From Fimicolochytrium jonesii (lineage: Eukaryota): a stretch of 64,000 nt of DNA. This document shows, in pieces, positions 53,151-64,000 of this stretch (its first letter is position 1; the number at the start of each line of letters is the position of its first letter). The DNA lies in contig NW_026515669.1 of assembly GCF_025526975.1 (NCBI RefSeq), positions 1,612,001 through 1,676,000 on the forward strand. The letters are read 5' to 3'. Position numbers and translations under genes: made by a program. The notes under the pieces are model-generated. The model ran no database searches and had not been told where the DNA came from. It worked only from the letters and a program-made list of their open reading frames with translations.

Positions 53151-53375
53151 CTACTGAGACGCGATGGTTTGCCCAGCTGGCACTTTATAGATTCGTATGG
53201 GCAAGACCCCCCGTTCCTTCCTTCCATTCGGCGATTTGCTGATAGAAGTGGCAGTAGCGCGGTCAATTCCCATCTTCATCGCCAACTCCCTGATGCTTTT
53301 CCCGACAAACTTGTGTTCTGTGCCATATCTTTCGTGTATTCCGATGTATTCCATTTGACAACGTATGTTTAACAC
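53151..53375 (-). CDS. Small HTH-like DNA-binding protein
   Basis: SIRELAMKMGIDRATA helix-turn-helix pattern. Confidence 0.5.
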   Translation of the reverse strand: MLNIRCQMEYIGIHERYGTEHKFVGKSIRELAMKMGIDRATATSISKSPNGRKERGVLPIRIYKVPAGQTIASQ

Positions 53376-53490
53376 TATACAAACATATGTTTAAACGCCG
53401 CCAAAACGCACACATCATAATGAGGCAAGATGGATGCGTTTAGAATGTGATTTAAACATCTGTTGCTGAAGAGTAGACAACGATAACAAC

Positions 53491-56022
53491 GTGAGTATGA
53501 CCGACATTGATGATAAGTTTGACCTTGAGCCTTACAAGAAGCTAAACGACAAAACGGTTTTGTGGAAGGTCGAATTCATGAACGAGAATAGACTCAAAGT
53601 TCTGCTTCAATCTCCATTCTTAGACGCGAAGCTCAAGAAAGGCTTGCAATCGATGGTCAAATACAACCGCGTTGGTTTGAACCTTTACCGAACGGAGTAC
53701 GCTTATTCTTCCCACTCGGTCGACGACAGTGGGCGTCTCTATGCTCGAAGCAGGTCGCTTCAAAACTTGCCGGCAAATGTTAAAAAAAATCCACCTTTCC
53801 GCCAGTACCTTGCAAGTGGAGAATACCATGACATCGATCAAGCAAACTCCATGCCTACCATTTGGGCGCATCTCTGTGCTTCACATTCGATTGTTTGTCC
53901 CAATCTAGATACTTACATCAATCAGCGTCCGACGATTCTCCAAGAAAGAGGCATCGACAAGCAGGTGGTTATGGAGTACCTTACCTACGAACCTCGAATG
54001 ATAGCAGACCCCTTCTTCCGACAGATTCACGATACACTTTACCGAACCTTGGTGCCGCTTCTAAAGGAGAAGTACAACCACATCTGGGAGAAAGTCATGA
54101 AATCTCGCGAGGATAAAGTTAAACGCAATCGAGGCGGTAGTTTCCTCTGTCAAGTCGCCCACACTATTGAAACTAAAATCAGCCTCGCTGTTGACAAATT
54201 CTTCACGAATCGAGGTTGGTCTGTCGATGTGCATGTTTTTGACGGAGTGATGATTCGTAAACGACCTGATACGAGCATGACCCCCGAACTGCTAGAGGAA
54301 TGTAACAAATACGTCTCCGACCAAACCGGAATCGCTGGTGTGAAGCTCGTTGAAAAAAGCCTCGATTTCGAAGCTCATCCTCAATTGCCGTTGCTCGCAA
54401 TCCCCCAAGAAGATGTAAATCCCGTTAAACCAGCAGATGGCAATGCAGTAGATTTTCGTGACCTTAAGTGCATCAAGGGTTGGGAGAACTTCGACTTCAG
54501 GCGTATTTTTAGCCCGACTCACAAGAATAGCGCGGAGTGGTACGTAGAACAACGCCACGCGTCAATCATGAAACATTCGAGCGGGCTGTTGTTTATACTC
54601 GGCAAAGACAATATTTGGAGGAAATTTGACAGCGTGAAAGCGAGTGACCTCAATTTGCAAATCGCTGATAACTTGATTAGCAGCTTCGAGAAATTGATTG
54701 ACGATGCTACCAACGAACTTCAACATGGTAATGTCGACATATTGAAGGCCAAGCTCAAAACGTTTCGTCCCGAAGTCGAAGGCACCGCATATTCTGGAAG
54801 TGTCGCGTATAATGTCGAGCGACTTTGCAAAACCGACGACAAATGCATTGACCTGTTCCTCTCCAAACCTTACTTGCTGCCGTTCAACGATGGGGTGTAC
54901 GACTTGGTCAAGGGAGAATTCCGACCTATTGAACCCACAGATTACATTCTCTTCACTTGCGGATATAACTTCCCAAAAACGTCAAACAAAGAAATCCGAA
55001 AGAAGATTACCGACTTCTACACCTCCATCTTCCAGACTGAGGAGCTCACCGAATATCGACTCGCTACAGTGGCGCGTTGCCTCTACGGAGAAATCGTCGA
55101 AGAAATCTTTGTGATTCAGAAAGGCAAGGGACGAAACGGGAAAGGAGCTGAAACAACCCTTATTCAAAATGTTTTTGGTAACTTGTTCTACTGCCTCGAT
55201 AAGCGCAACTTCACTCGTGACCAGCAGGACGTGGACCGACCGAATTCACAAGTGTACAATCTCTTCGGTAAACGATATCTGACAACCAGTGAGACCAATA
55301 AGAACGACCGCTTCCTCTCTGAGGTATTCAAAGGATTCTCGGGAAACGATTATATCAGTGTGCGCACGCTTAACGGCAAACCTATCACTTTCCGCGTCAC
55401 AGGTTTGCTGAATGTTCAAACCAACGAGGACCCTGTTTTTGATAAAGTAGACGTGGCGTTGGGAAAGCGCACCCGTATGCAGGAGTACCCCTTCACCTTC
55501 ACAAACATTGAGCTAATGGAGACAGACGATACCGAACTTGATGCCATGGAAATTGATGAAGACGAGAGCGAATATAAGGCAATCGAGAAACAGGGTGACG
55601 AGAACTTGAAACGCGACTTCAAGTCTGAGGCGTACCGCGATGAAGGAATGCTTCTGCTGATTTCGTTGTTTAGAGAGATGTTCATTCAAAGCGATGGGTC
55701 CCTCAGCATGAAGATTGACGTCCCCGATGAGGTGCTCGCATTTACAAAGCAGAATCTTGCTACAAGCCTTGCTGCTGCAAAATGGCTCAAGTTCCATTAC
55801 AAGATTACCGGCGATTCTACAGATGTTGTGAGGAAGAAAGAACTGTATTGCGAATACGCACAATCCGTGTTTGACGTGAAGAAGAGGATTGGCAAAACGC
55901 AATTCTACAAGGAATTAGAAGGGATTCAAATCAAAACCGGCATCCGTAATGGTTATCAGGTGTATGTAGGCTTGAAGAGAACGGCAAGGTCGAATGAAGG
56001 TGACGAGTTCTTTGATGTTTAA
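53491..56022 (+). CDS. TVpol (PolA-derived primase-polymerase) fused to a D5-like SF3 helicase
   Basis: SGRLYA..SLQNLP, DIDQANS, VFDGVM; LLPFNDGVYDL (D5_N), GKGRNGKG Walker A, TSE, QTN. Confidence 0.85.
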   Translation: MSMTDIDDKFDLEPYKKLNDKTVLWKVEFMNENRLKVLLQSPFLDAKLKKGLQSMVKYNRVGLNLYRTEYAYSSHSVDDSGRLYARSRSLQNLPANVKKNPPFRQYLASGEYHDIDQANSMPTIWAHLCASHSIVCPNLDTYINQRPTILQERGIDKQVVMEYLTYEPRMIADPFFRQIHDTLYRTLVPLLKEKYNHIWEKVMKSREDKVKRNRGGSFLCQVAHTIETKISLAVDKFFTNRGWSVDVHVFDGVMIRKRPDTSMTPELLEECNKYVSDQTGIAGVKLVEKSLDFEAHPQLPLLAIPQEDVNPVKPADGNAVDFRDLKCIKGWENFDFRRIFSPTHKNSAEWYVEQRHASIMKHSSGLLFILGKDNIWRKFDSVKASDLNLQIADNLISSFEKLIDDATNELQHGNVDILKAKLKTFRPEVEGTAYSGSVAYNVERLCKTDDKCIDLFLSKPYLLPFNDGVYDLVKGEFRPIEPTDYILFTCGYNFPKTSNKEIRKKITDFYTSIFQTEELTEYRLATVARCLYGEIVEEIFVIQKGKGRNGKGAETTLIQNVFGNLFYCLDKRNFTRDQQDVDRPNSQVYNLFGKRYLTTSETNKNDRFLSEVFKGFSGNDYISVRTLNGKPITFRVTGLLNVQTNEDPVFDKVDVALGKRTRMQEYPFTFTNIELMETDDTELDAMEIDEDESEYKAIEKQGDENLKRDFKSEAYRDEGMLLLISLFREMFIQSDGSLSMKIDVPDEVLAFTKQNLATSLAAAKWLKFHYKITGDSTDVVRKKELYCEYAQSVFDVKKRIGKTQFYKELEGIQIKTGIRNGYQVYVGLKRTARSNEGDEFFDV

Positions 56023-56059
56023 GAAGCAACAGTATTTAATTGAGCATAACTGAGCATAT

Positions 56060-56892
56060 GATATCGATAAGAGTTGTGTCAAGTGAGTTTTGGGGGGTAT
56101 CAAGTGACTTTTGTGATTTGGAAAGTCACTTGTTTCGATGAGTGGAGGGGATTGATAAAGGTTTTTCTTATTTGTTACGATAATTTATGGAGTAAGTGGA
56201 AAAGTGACTTTTGAAACCCTATGAGAGAATGAATGAATCTGGGTAAAGATGATGTGATGGGGATGAGGTACATGCGTTAGTTTTTCCGGTTGTTCATCAT
56301 TGGTTTGAAAAGTCACTTTTCCACCTATTCGATAACTTGTGGAGGGGTTAGTTACGACTTGCGACGTTATTGACTCGATGTATGGAGAGGTGAGAGGATA
56401 TTTGGGTGGACCTCACTTGGTTCTTTGTTGGATCCACTTGCGTAGGGATGGGCAACGGCGGACTTGTGTGGAAAAGGGCTGACGTAAGGAGTGACGGTGT
56501 GTTCGACAGGCGCGACTGAAAGTGACTCGTTGAGCCTATTATGTCACGTGCAGTGTCACATGGGCGGTCACGTGATTGACTTGCAGAGTTTAATGACTTG
56601 TGCATCGGAGACGCGTTAAACCCGCGTCGGAAATTGGTCTTGAACTTTTTGCAGTCACAGGAGACGCGTGGAGCGGTCTTCAATTAATGCGGTCTTCAAT
56701 TAGTGCGCTCTTCAATTAGTGCGGTCTTCAATTAGTGTGGTCTTCAATTAATGCGGTCTTCAATTAGGGTAACAAGACCCGTAACGGACTATGGTTCCTA
56801 TCAAAGTGAACTTATAGTCAGTCCAGTCTCAATACTGACTATGGTACCTGTCACAGTCCACCCATCTTATATAAGATGGGTGGACTGTGACA
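56060..56892 (-). repeat. Right terminal inverted repeat (833 bp) ending in the same 44-bp palindrome (56849-56892)
   Basis: Reverse complement of the left TIR. Confidence 0.95.
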
Positions 56893-59552
56893 CATGGATC
56901 GTTTGCGCGGCGCCCGCCGTCTCACCAAGATCGACCTCCGCGGCGCTTATACCCTCTTACGCATGCGCCCGGGCGATGAATGGAAGACCGCCTTCCGCTG
57001 CCGCTATGGCCTATTCGAATACAATGTCATGCCCTTTGGACTCAGCAATGCTCCTGGCGTCTTCCAGTACCTGATGAACGACATGTTCCGCGACAGTCTC
57101 GATGTGTTTGTTGTCGTCTACCTCGACGATATCCTGATATTCTCCAAGAACCCCGAAGATCACCCCAAACATGTCCGCCAAGTCTTGTCCCGCCTCCGAC
57201 AGCATGGGCTGTACGCCAAACCAGAGAAGTGCGAATTCAACCGCGAATCCGTTGAGTTCCTAGGCTTCCCCATCTCCGAGAAAGGCATCCAGATGGACCC
57301 CAAGAAGATCGCTGCCATCCCGGATTGGGAACCTCCCAAGACTGTCAAAGGCGTCCAACGGTTCCTTGGCTTTGCCAACTTCTATCGCCGATTCATCCAA
57401 GGTTATTCCAAGATCGCTCCCGCTCACAGCCCTGACCCGGAAAGACATCCCGTACGCCTGGACACCCGCCGCAAACACCGCCTTCGAGAACCTGAAGAAA
57501 GCATTCACCACCGCCCCCATCCTTGCTCACCCTGACCCACAGAAGCCCTTCGTCGTCGAAACTGACGCCTCCGACTTCGCTCTTGGCGCAGTTCTCCTCC
57601 AACCTGACCAGGACAATCAGCTCCACCCCGTGGCCTTCCACTCTCGCAAATTCACGGCCGAAGAGATCAACTACAAGATCTACGACAAGGAACTTCTGGC
57701 CATCCAAGACTCCTTTGCCCAGTGGCGACACCATCTCATTGGCGCCCGTCACAAGATCACCGTTTACTCCGACCATAAACACCTTCAGTACTTCATGACC
57801 ACCCGCACCCTGAACCGCCGCCAAGCCCGCTGGTCAATATTCTTCTCGGATTTTGACTTTGTCATTACCTATCGCCCCGGTTCCCAGCAGCGCCAAGCCG
57901 ATGCCCTCTCCCGACGCTCCGAACATGAGCTAAAAGAGGGGGAAGAAGCGTTCCGCTCCCAGGCAACCACAATTTTGACTCCGGAACGCCTCCGACTCGC
58001 CGCAGCCTACCTCACACCCATGGATACCACGCTGCTTGACAAGATTAAGGCCGCCCAGGCCTCTGATCCCCTCGCTAAGACCATTCGCGAAAAGCTCAAG
58101 ATACCCCTCGCCCAACGAACCGAGGAAACCCAAGATCGTATCAAGCGGTTCTCAGATGAAGATGGGGTCCTGCTGCACAATAACCTTGTCTATGTCCCCC
58201 CAAATGAGCTCCGAGCTGAAGTCTGCCACGACATGCACGATACACCCCTAACTGGCCACTTCGGGATGTCCAAGACGCTTGAACTCGCCTCCCGCAACTA
58301 CTGGTGGCCCAGCCTGTGGCGCTTCGTCAAGGCCTACGTCAAGTCCTGCGATACCTGTAGCCAAGCGAAATCCAGTCGACACAAACCATATGGCCTACTC
58401 CAGCCCAACAGTATCCCTACCCGCCCTTGGGGATCTTGGTCCCTGGACTTTATCACCGGTCTGCCTCCCGTGGACGGGTACGACTCCATCCTGAACGTCA
58501 ACTGTCGCCTCACCAAGATGGCCCACTTCATTGCCTGCAGCGAGTCAGAATCCGCCGAATCCACCGCCGACCTAGTCTTCCACAACATCATCCGTCTCCA
58601 CGGCCTCCCCGACGACGTCATCTCTGACCAAGGACCCCAGCTTAAGTCCCGGTTCTGGCGTCGACTTCTCGAACTCCTTGGGGCAAAAGCCAACCTCTCT
58701 TCGGCCTTCCACCCCCAGAGCGATGGCCAGACGGAACGCACCAACCAGATCCTGGAGCAGTATCTCCAATGCTTTTGCAACCACCAACAGGACAACTGGA
58801 AGCAGCTTCTGTCGTCCGCCGAGTTCGCCTACAACAACACCCACCAGTCCGCCTCCCAGACCACCCCCTTCTACGCCAACAAGGGTCTCCACCCCCGCTT
58901 CAGTTTCGCGGCCTCTGCTACCTCCAAATCCGTCAACCCCGCCGCTGAAGCCCGCGCTAAACAAATCAGGGAAGTCCATGAACAGCTCGCCCTCGAGCTC
59001 AAGGAAGCCCAAGATCAAATGAAGCGCTACGCCGACGCTAAACGAATTCCTGGACCAAACTTCAAGCCTGGTGACCACGTCTGGCTCCTCCGAAAAAACC
59101 TCCAGACGACCCGGCCCTCTCAGAAGCTCAACCATCGCGAGATTGGGCCATTTCCCATCGTTGAAAAGATCAATGCAGTCACCTACCGGCTCAAGCCCCT
59201 GCCTACGTACAAAATCCACAATGTCTTCCATGTCTCGCTCCTCGAACCCCGCTTCACCATCCCCGAACAACACGAACCCGAACCCGCGACCCCAGAGACC
59301 GTTGAGGGTCAAGAAGAGTGGGTTGTCAAAGCCATCCTTGACTCTCGCATCCATTGTCGTCGCCTTCAGTACTTGGTCAAATGGCAGGGCTGGCCTGACT
59401 CCGAGAACACCTGGGAGCCTGTGGAACACCTCACCCATACCGACGCACTTCTCCAGGACTTCCACAGCGCGTACTCCAACAAGCCTTCCTCTGTCCCCGT
59501 AGCACCTCCTCTGCAACCACACCAAACTCGACGCCGCTGCCGCCGCCGCTAA
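56893..59552 (+). pseudogene. pol: pol of family B, 3' half (RT, RH, IN, chromodomain); one frameshift near 57420
   Basis: YLDD, ETDASD, WSLDFI, DGQTERTNQ, EWVVKAILD..YLVKWQG..NTWEP. Confidence 0.92.
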
Positions 59553-59564
59553 AGAGAGGGGTGA

Positions 59565-60103
59565 TGTTATGGACGACGCGCCCATACCATAAGCTTACCT
59601 ACTGACAGCCGCCAATGTCAACCGCCAAATGTCAAACGCCAATGTCAATGTCAATGTCAGTGTCAATGTCAGTGTCAATGACAATGTCAATGCCACTCCC
59701 CCTCTCTCCTCTCATTTCGCCAATGCTCTTGCAATATCGCCACTCCTCCTCTCTCCTCTCATTTCGCCAATCCCTCCTCGGCTTCTCCACACCCCCCACT
59801 ACTTCCCCATAGCCAGCAGCTGTAGCAATGCTCTCTACGCTCGCCACGCACGCTCTAGGAGCATAGCTGGCGCCCCCCCAGTCCCCTCTTGTTGTTGTTG
59901 TTCTCTGATCTGCTGGGTTGCCTATCTATAAATAGCCGGCCTCTCTTCGTCCATTCCCTTCCTCCCCAGCAGATCAACACCGGTTCTTCTCATCTCCTGT
60001 TCTAGTCCTTGTTTCTTGTTTCGCCAACACAATCTCTGGTCGCCTATCACACTCGCCCTGTCTTCTCTACTTTGCTTCCGCCCCCGTCGTCAAGATCATA
60101 ACA
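59565..60103 (+). repeat. 3' LTR, family B
   Basis: PPT AAAGAGAGGGG; TGTTATG..CATAACA termini; TATAAATA at about 59927. Confidence 0.93.
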
Positions 60104-60463
60104 GATTCCCTTCACATGGTAGCACCACAAGTCCTTCTTGGGACCATACATATACTGCAATACCAACGACCCAGTCCTAGGTACCCCACAGCAGACCAGA
60201 GACCCGGGCTGGTACTCCAACTAAAATAAGACCGATCCACTGGTCCATAATACCGATACACTGGTACGTATATCCGAGAGGCTGGTACAGTCAAGAGGAG
60301 GTGTAACGGGAACACACACATTTTGGCTTAGTGGTTAAGACACCTGGCTCTCACCCAAGTGGCGTGGGTTCGATTCCTACCTTCCCCAAACATTTCTCTC
60401 TTCTTTCTGTGACTGTACCACCTCTCCCGGGCGTTCCGAGCTATCGGGACGATTCCCTTAACA
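60104..60463 (+). mobile_element. TRIM (miniature non-autonomous LTR element) with a tRNA-derived LTR
   Basis: LTR remnant ending 60116, PBS-like TGGTAGCA, 185-bp internal region, PPT AAGAGGAGG, 162-bp LTR at 60302-60463. Confidence 0.75.
60324..60381 (+). other. tRNA-Glu(CTC)-derived sequence with Pol III A and B boxes inside the TRIM LTR
   Basis: TGGCTTAGTGG (A box), CCTGG-CTCTCAC-CCAAG anticodon arm, GGTTCGATTCC (B box); no clear acceptor stem. Confidence 0.72.
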
Positions 60464-62465
60464 GATGGCTCGCCCAGCCGGCTGATCCATCAGAGCATTA
60501 CCCATCACCGTTGCCTACCTCAGTGAAGGGATTTAAAAATCTGCCACGGTTAAAGCCAATAGCTTTCTTTGGGCGGAAGATGCAGCCCGCTGAGACACGT
60601 TATCCCGTGCACGAACAAGAGCTATTAGCTCTGGTCGGCATTTGCAAGGCTTATAGGCATTACTTGCAAGATCGGACTAATGCCCGCCCGTTTCGCGCGT
60701 TCACCGATCACGCCAGTCTGGTATGGCTTCAGGCTCAGCCGTTCCTGAGCCATCGCCAAGCATGTTGGGTTGAATTCCTGCAGCAATTCAAATTTGACAA
60801 TGAATATCAACCTGGTCGTTGGAACACTGTGGCGGATGTGTTGAGCCGTAATCCGTATTACGCCCCACGCTGCGCCGAGTGTAGTAAGCAAGTTGAAATC
60901 GCTGCGGCCATGGGTATGTCCATCGATTATATTCCTTTGGGGAATGTTACGCTGGATGATTGGATACAAACCTTGGAGGCTGATGAATTCTTCGCTTTGC
61001 GCAAAGAGGCTTTCTCACAGCCAAAGGAACGACAGTCTACATTCGATTGCCGTTTTTCGATCGATGACTATGGTCGTTTACTGTACCACGATAAGTTCTA
61101 TGTGCCAGCTGCTTTACGAGGGACTGTATTGCAGGCGTACCATGACTCGTTGCTCTCTGCCTGCATACAGGGGTACAAGGTACATTGGGCAAACTCCTAC
61201 GTGAGTTTTACTGGCCCGATATGGGCGCAGATGTGAGAGGGTACATCAAGACTTGTGGGTCTTGCCAAAGGTTTAAGTCGCCGAACAATAAGCGTGTTGG
61301 CTTACTTCGTTCGCTCCCAGTTCCCGACCGACGTTGGCACATGATGGGTATGGATCCTGTCTCGATGCCAATAACACGGTCGTGGGGGGGGAAGGTGCAT
61401 AGTGATGCGTTTTATGACAGTATTATTGTCTTCATCGACTATCTGTCAGGACGCGCATACTTTGTACCTGCGGCATCCACAATAATTGCCAAACAGTTGG
61501 CGCATCTTTACTTCCGAGAGGTATGGCGCCATACGGGTACTGCAACTGTGATCGTCGGAGACCAAGATCCACGCTACCTGGCAGACTTTTGGAATGTGTT
61601 TCAATCATTGTTGGGCTCTAAACAGAGTTTGAGCACGGCACAACACCAACAGACGGACGGAAAAGTCGAACGGTGTATCTCTATCTTGAAGAAGATGATT
61701 AAACCGTACCTTAATGTACCGGGAGACGATTGGGTTGACAAACTGCCGTTGTTGGAGTTTGCCTACAACCGTACGCAGAACAGCACCAGATACTGCCCTT
61801 TCCAGGTTGATTTGGGTAGAATTCTGCAGGCGCCAATGCATTGGCAAGTTGACGCAAAAGTGTTGCAACGTATGGACAATATGTCGATCCCACTCTTGCA
61901 TAAGTCACGACGTGAGCTCATCAAACAGATGGAGAAGCGTGCCGAGGCATACCGATCCATTGAACTCATAGTGCAGCAGAAACTGCCGGAAGCCCAGGAC
62001 AAACAAGCGAAGTATCACGATCGTGGACGTCGTGTACAGAGCTTTTGTCCAGGAGATAAAGTCCTGTTGAACAGCGACGGGATAACGATCCCTGCGTTCA
62101 ATAAGAAGCCGCTCAAGTTTAGACAGAGCTGGCTAGGACCCTTCATCGTGAAGAAGGAAGGACCACACCCGGAAACGTACAAGTTAGAGCTGCCAGCTTT
62201 AATGGGCGCTTTATACCCGGTCTTCTATACAGATATCTTGAAGCCTTGGCATGAGCCGACTTCAGGTCTGCTGCGCATCGACGATGTAGAGGACTCTAAC
62301 CCAGAGCCTGTCCAAGTCGAAGGCGAGGAAGAATACTATGTCGATAAGATTATCGGACGTAGGTTGGTCCATGGAAAACCCGAGTATCTCGTTCAGTGGG
62401 TTGGTTACCCACCTGAGCAGACGACATGGGAAACGCATGAGCGAGTAAGAGGTGCGCTGCGTTAG
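60464..62465 (+). pseudogene. pol: Ty3/gypsy chromovirus pol fragment (family D: RH, IN, chromodomain), frameshifted
   Basis: HEQELLAL, FTDH, DGKVER, EYYVDKII..EYLVQWVGY; RNase H resembles that of family E. Confidence 0.88.
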
Positions 62466-63046
62466 ACGACTCCATCTTGGTCCATGGTGAAGTAGAATCC
62501 GTTACAGATAAGCGAAAGCGGAAGCGCTCTAAGGGAACTGAGGCTCTGCGACACAAGAGTGCACGGTTGGCTGAGGGCCATGAATGATCTGTAGCCGGAG
62601 ACTCAGTGGTGTGTATGCCCGGAGGTACACATAGGCGTTGACTCTGAACGACAGAGCTTCGTTGGCTCGATGGTTGCGTACATCCATTGCCCGACAACTT
62701 GTATTAGGCAACGTGCGATACAAAGCACACCCGTTGCATTCACAGCTGGGGTACCCGCTGCCGGTAGCAGGTAGCGTGGATGGCGTATACCATTGAATTA
62801 GAATGGTTTGCAAGCGTCGCTACCCACAACGGTCTTATGGAAAGCTTTCCTGAATGACACACTATTCTGACGTCCAGTTGGCAAACCATGGCTTTCAGCG
62901 AAAAAGCCATGGCTTTTTTGCATGGTTATTTGGACCGACGACGACAAGCACCATTAAGGATTGCGCTGGGTGCGATCCCGGACACTTTCATATTCTACTC
63001 TGCTGGAGATTGCTGGGCAGGTTCGCATCGTAGAATTTGGGGGGGG

Positions 63047-63303
63047 TGTAATGTGTGTTGGGTTGTCCGGTCTTATTGGAGAACGACGCGTCAGTGAAAG
63101 CCCTTACGCCCTAAGCACTCGGGCTTACGCCCTTCACGCTCAGGCTTACGCCCTTCACGCACAACAGTGTTCTCCAGTGGACCCCGACCACATGAGTACT
63201 ATAACAGTGCTCGTCGCGAGTTCCTATTCACAACAAGTAGTTCTTTTACTACATACCGAATAGCAGCGCCGGCGAACACCCAGTCCGTCTACAATACCTT
63301 ACA
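63047..63303 (+). repeat. Probable 3' LTR of family D
   Basis: G8 tract then TGTAA...TTACA; no second copy in the window. Confidence 0.5.
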
Positions 63304-63407
63304 GCAAAGTAGTTATTGTACACGAACATCAGTTATACAACCCGTGTGGAAGGTAGTCCACATCACATCTGCGGTACCCTGTCCGCGCATATACTCTCGC
63401 AAACGCT

Positions 63408-64000
63408 TCACACAGTATCCTTATCACCGCTCACTGGCAAGTGATTCTGTTTGCATTGCTCCCTGAGTGCTGCCAGCGTGGACGCGTAAAGCCCAGTCTT
63501 TGGCTGTTTCCTCCCTTTGTTGCTGTTGCTGCGTTTGCCTTTCATGACATAAAAGTCATACCAACGCTCCTTCCTTGTTGTATCCGGCGCCAACTCTCCT
63601 TCTACCATGAAATCCCAGAAATAATAAAGGCTCAGAGCACCGAAGGCACAAAGTTGAACGTCACTATGGCGCATGAGCGCTTTGTACTCTGCTCGACCGA
63701 CTCGATGCTCTTTGCCTTGCCACTGCGTGAGACTCAATAAATAGCAATCCGTGGGCCCCTCGCCTTCCATTTCCCGCAACCATGTATCGGCAAGTTGGAT
63801 GAATCGCACGCTCTGCCCGCGCCCGAAGGTTGAATGCTGCATATAAAAGCAAGCCCGGTTTCACAAGCCGACGCCAACATGATGGTCTTTCATCCACCAG
63901 TCAGATAATTTCCGTTGATGCTCGCTTGTGTATTTGTTGAGCAGCGTGCCTTTCCCGCGGTCTTCGTATGTCGCTTGCCGGACGTTGTGTCGATCCTGTG
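63408..64000 (-). pseudogene. CryptonF/Ndc10-domain tyrosine recombinase fragment
   Basis: In-frame YEDRGKGTLL ... GRGQSVR ... QGKEHRVGRAEY..MRH.DVQLCAFGALSLY; TGA at 63861-63863. Confidence 0.8.

Larger units (their letters stand above)
31749..56892. mobile_element. Complete endogenous Polinton-like virus (25,144 bp)
   Basis: TSD CATGG at 31744-31748 and 56893-56897; TG..CA ends; long TIRs; MCP, penton, ATPase, integrase and helicase genes; compact, no introns noticed, visibly more AT-rich than the flanks. Confidence 0.95.

Noticed and set aside
31749..56892. Classical Maverick/Polinton or bacterial prophage contamination
   Set aside because: No pPolB or protease was recognised and the TSD is 5 bp; a clean TSD inside a eukaryotic retroelement shows true integration.
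60324..60381. Functional tRNA gene
   Set aside because: No convincing acceptor stem, a mismatch in the anticodon stem, and it is embedded in an LTR.

Overview
Eukaryotic DNA, most likely from a zoosporic fungus (chytrid-like): short GT-AG introns, a CEP95-like centrosomal gene and a SpuFz1-like Fanzor. The window is a dense nest of mobile elements. The centrepiece is a complete, apparently intact 25.1-kb endogenous Polinton-like virus (31749-56892) inserted in the RT of a Ty3/gypsy chromovirus. It has a 5-bp TSD (CATGG), TG...CA ends, TIRs of about 850 bp and a perfect 44-bp palindrome at each tip. It encodes a double-jelly-roll MCP, penton, A32-type ATPase, a 2333-aa fibre, a TVpol-SF3 helicase, a chromodomain rve integrase, a tyrosine recombinase and a triple methyltransferase-like fusion, but no pPolB. 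This suggests a hairpin-ended virus that integrates by hairpin opening and might be released by telomere resolution (inference). Also present: a gypsy element with a cellular-type ExoIII/APE1 endonuclease between protease and RT; an intron-containing, truncated Fanzor1; two TET/JBP-like dioxygenase ORFs; several nested or rearranged self-priming chromovirus copies; a TRIM with a tRNA-Glu-derived LTR; and a degenerate Crypton. Protein assignments come from motif recognition by eye, not database searches.
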